NCBI GenBank assembly: GCA_040754455.1
Contig: JBFMCP010000016.1
Location: forward strand, 1 to 64,000
DNA length: 64,000 bases
Source of the DNA: Nitrospirota bacterium
Lineage (GTDB): Bacteria; Nitrospirota; Thermodesulfovibrionia; Thermodesulfovibrionales; Dissulfurispiraceae
Direction: 5' to 3'
How positions within the stretch are numbered: the stretch's first letter is position 1; each line of letters begins with the position of its first letter. The notes beneath the pieces are model-generated. The model saw nothing but the letters and a program-made list of their open reading frames with translations, did no database searches and was not told the origin of the DNA. This document shows positions 61,996-64,000 of the stretch, in pieces. A program made the translations under genes and the position numbers.

Positions 61996-62550
61996 ATGTA
62001 CGTTGCCCATAAAATGTTTCTTACAAAAGGGGTTGGACAGCATCGGGAGAAGCTGGTCAGCTTTGAGCTTGCCTTAAGAGATGCGAAGCTCGCGCCCTAC
62101 AATATCGTCCGGGTCTCGAGTATTCTCCCTCCGCACTGCAAGATCGTATCACTCGAAAGGGGGCTCAAGGAGCTGATTCCCGGGCAGATCATCTATACTG
62201 TCCTCGCCGACGCAGCGACCAACGAGCACCATCGATTGATCGCTGCTTCCATCGGTGTCGCAATCCCGCGTGACAGGAACAAGGTTGGCTATTTATCTGA
62301 GCACCACAGCTTCGGGCAGACTGACAAGGTAACGGGCGATTATGCCGAAGACCTCGCAGCACAGATGCTCGCTACGATCCTCGGAGAAAAGTTCGATATC
62401 GACCAGAGCTATGATCAGCGTCTGCACTACTGGAAGCTCAGCAAAAGCATTGTTAAAACGCGCAACATCACTCAGGCGAGCATAGGGAAGAGAAACTTCT
62501 GGACGACCGTCATTGCGGCAGCGGTGCTGATCCCGCCGAAGGTCCTATGA
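61996..62550 (+). CDS. pdaD: pyruvoyl-dependent arginine decarboxylase
   Basis: SFELALRDA...YNIVRVSSILPP (Ser-Ser autocleavage site) and GYLSEH. Confidence 0.9.
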   Translation: MYVAHKMFLTKGVGQHREKLVSFELALRDAKLAPYNIVRVSSILPPHCKIVSLERGLKELIPGQIIYTVLADAATNEHHRLIAASIGVAIPRDRNKVGYLSEHHSFGQTDKVTGDYAEDLAAQMLATILGEKFDIDQSYDQRLHYWKLSKSIVKTRNITQASIGKRNFWTTVIAAAVLIPPKVL

Positions 62551-63506
62551 GCATCGGTGATCCTTCAGAAGATGCCGAAGGCCGGCTCTTCCGTCACCCC
62601 CCTTCCACCCTCTTCCTTCGTCTCGATGAGGAGTGGTCGTCTTTCGATCGTGCAAAGGTAGTGGTGCTTCCGCTTCCGTATGAACATACAACAAGCTACG
62701 GTATGGGCACCGTCCATGCGCCGGCTGCAATCCTCGAAGCATCATATTACCTTGAGCTCTATGATGAGGAACTGGATGTCGAGATTTTCAGGCTGTCGGA
62801 GGGGGTCGCTACGCTCCCGCCCATGCGGTTCGATGCTGCATGTCGCGATGCGACAGCGGTCGAGGCAATCCGCAACGAGGTGTCCCGTCTTATCGGGCAC
62901 GGGAAAACAGTCGTCTCGATCGGCGGCGAACACACCATCGCCATTGGCGCGGCGCATGCGCACGCGCAGCACTACCCTGACCTCACCATTCTGCACTTCG
63001 ATGCACACTCCGATCTGCGGCAGGAGTATGAAGGCAACCGATACAGCCATGGCTGCACCATGGCGCGCATTTACGATTTTCACCACGATATCGTGCAGGT
63101 CGGTATCCGCAGCCAGGGTATCGAGGAATCGCTGTTCATCAAGGAAAAGAAGATTACCACCTTCTACGCTATCGATATCAGACAGGGCCGCTACGGCAGC
63201 GACCAAACGTCCTGGCATGACGCGATCATCAGGGCCTTGAGGAAAAATGTTTACGTCACCTTTGATTGCGATTTTTTCGATCCCGCGCTGATCCCGACGC
63301 TCGGAACACCCGAACCGGGGGGGTTCGGATGGGATGAAACAGTCGCCCTTCTCAGAAGGATCGCCGCGGAACGGAATATCGTGGGGTTTGACGTGAATGA
63401 GCTTTTACCTGTCGCCCCGCTCTTCCACCCGCAGTTCATCATCGCAAAGCTCATCTATAAATGGATAGGGTACCTCTTCACCTCCGCTGAAAAACTGCGA
63501 CGCTGA
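62547..63506 (+). CDS. speB: agmatinase
   Basis: GGEHT, DAHSD, SH, GIRS and DCDFFDP...GTPEPGG motifs; ATGA overlap with pdaD. Confidence 0.92.
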   Translation: MSIGDPSEDAEGRLFRHPPSTLFLRLDEEWSSFDRAKVVVLPLPYEHTTSYGMGTVHAPAAILEASYYLELYDEELDVEIFRLSEGVATLPPMRFDAACRDATAVEAIRNEVSRLIGHGKTVVSIGGEHTIAIGAAHAHAQHYPDLTILHFDAHSDLRQEYEGNRYSHGCTMARIYDFHHDIVQVGIRSQGIEESLFIKEKKITTFYAIDIRQGRYGSDQTSWHDAIIRALRKNVYVTFDCDFFDPALIPTLGTPEPGGFGWDETVALLRRIAAERNIVGFDVNELLPVAPLFHPQFIIAKLIYKWIGYLFTSAEKLRR

Positions 63507-63784
63507 GATGTGCGCTATGTCGTTCAATTTGTTTGACATCAGAAGGAACTCGCCTTACAATTTAGATAATAGGGATTTTTCCCGATGCGCCGTTCTCTTT
63601 GCGCATCTCTTGTAACCGAGAGTCTCGCCGCACCGTGTACAAACTTCGTCCATAACAGCAGTCGTCCTTGCCTGCTTACAGCGGCAGATGCACGATCATT
63701 AGATCGCTCTTGGCGCGGCGGCCGGGCATCGGGATTAACCGCATTTTATATTCTTGACCTGATTCTTTGAAAGGGGAACATTCT

Positions 63785-64000
63785 ATGAAGAGAGTCGGAG
63801 TACTTTTCGTCGGCGCCCTGGGATATATTGCGACAACGGTCATGACGGGAATATGCGCCCTCAAGAAGGGACTGTCTTCCAGGACCGGCATGGTGACCGA
63901 TCTTGATCTGTTTTCAGTGCTGGACCTCGCAGCGCCCGAAGATTTTGTTATAGGCGGATGGGACATACGGCCCGGCTCTCCCTACGAAAGCGCCTCCACC
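63785..64000 (+). CDS. myo-inositol-1-phosphate synthase, 5' part (runs off the window)
   Basis: MKRVGVLFVGALGYIATTV..G...L......TGMVT...FVIGGWDI; GGGGA RBS. Confidence 0.7.
   Translation, partial: MKRVGVLFVGALGYIATTVMTGICALKKGLSSRTGMVTDLDLFSVLDLAAPEDFVIGGWDIRPGSPYESAST

Overview
64-kb bacterial chromosomal segment; gene content resembles an anaerobic Nitrospirota/Desulfobacterota-type organism (inference). Left to right: a putative antitoxin/nucleotidyltransferase pair cut by an internally deleted IS21 that abuts an IS256 remnant; ilvD; a late flagellar cluster (two stator pairs flanking a PilZ gene, fliS-fliD-flaG-fliC, sigma28-type promoters); an atypical pseudaminic-acid-type glycosylation locus (pseB, C, G, I, no recognisable pseH, plus an aldo-keto reductase, a cytidylyltransferase/class-III aminotransferase fusion and two methyltransferases); housekeeping genes (ligA, cinA, pfkB family, ftsH, pncB, rarA, ABC-F, rpsA-like, FKBP, maf, pdaD-speB); and c-di-GMP genes (two HD-GYP paralogues sharing an apparently identical 516-bp 3' end, REC-PAS-GGDEF-EAL). 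Signals the ORF track misses: (1) a selenoprotein candidate, a rhodanese/ferritin-like fusion with in-frame UGA at the catalytic Cys position and a SECIS-like hairpin, directly after a SelD-N-terminal-like flavoprotein; (2) a c-di-GMP-I riboswitch, terminator and 37-aa ORF ahead of an ABC exporter; (3) many degenerate 7-nt-periodic repeat cassettes, some in-frame inside a glycosyltransferase. All family calls come from motif recognition by eye; no database searches were run.
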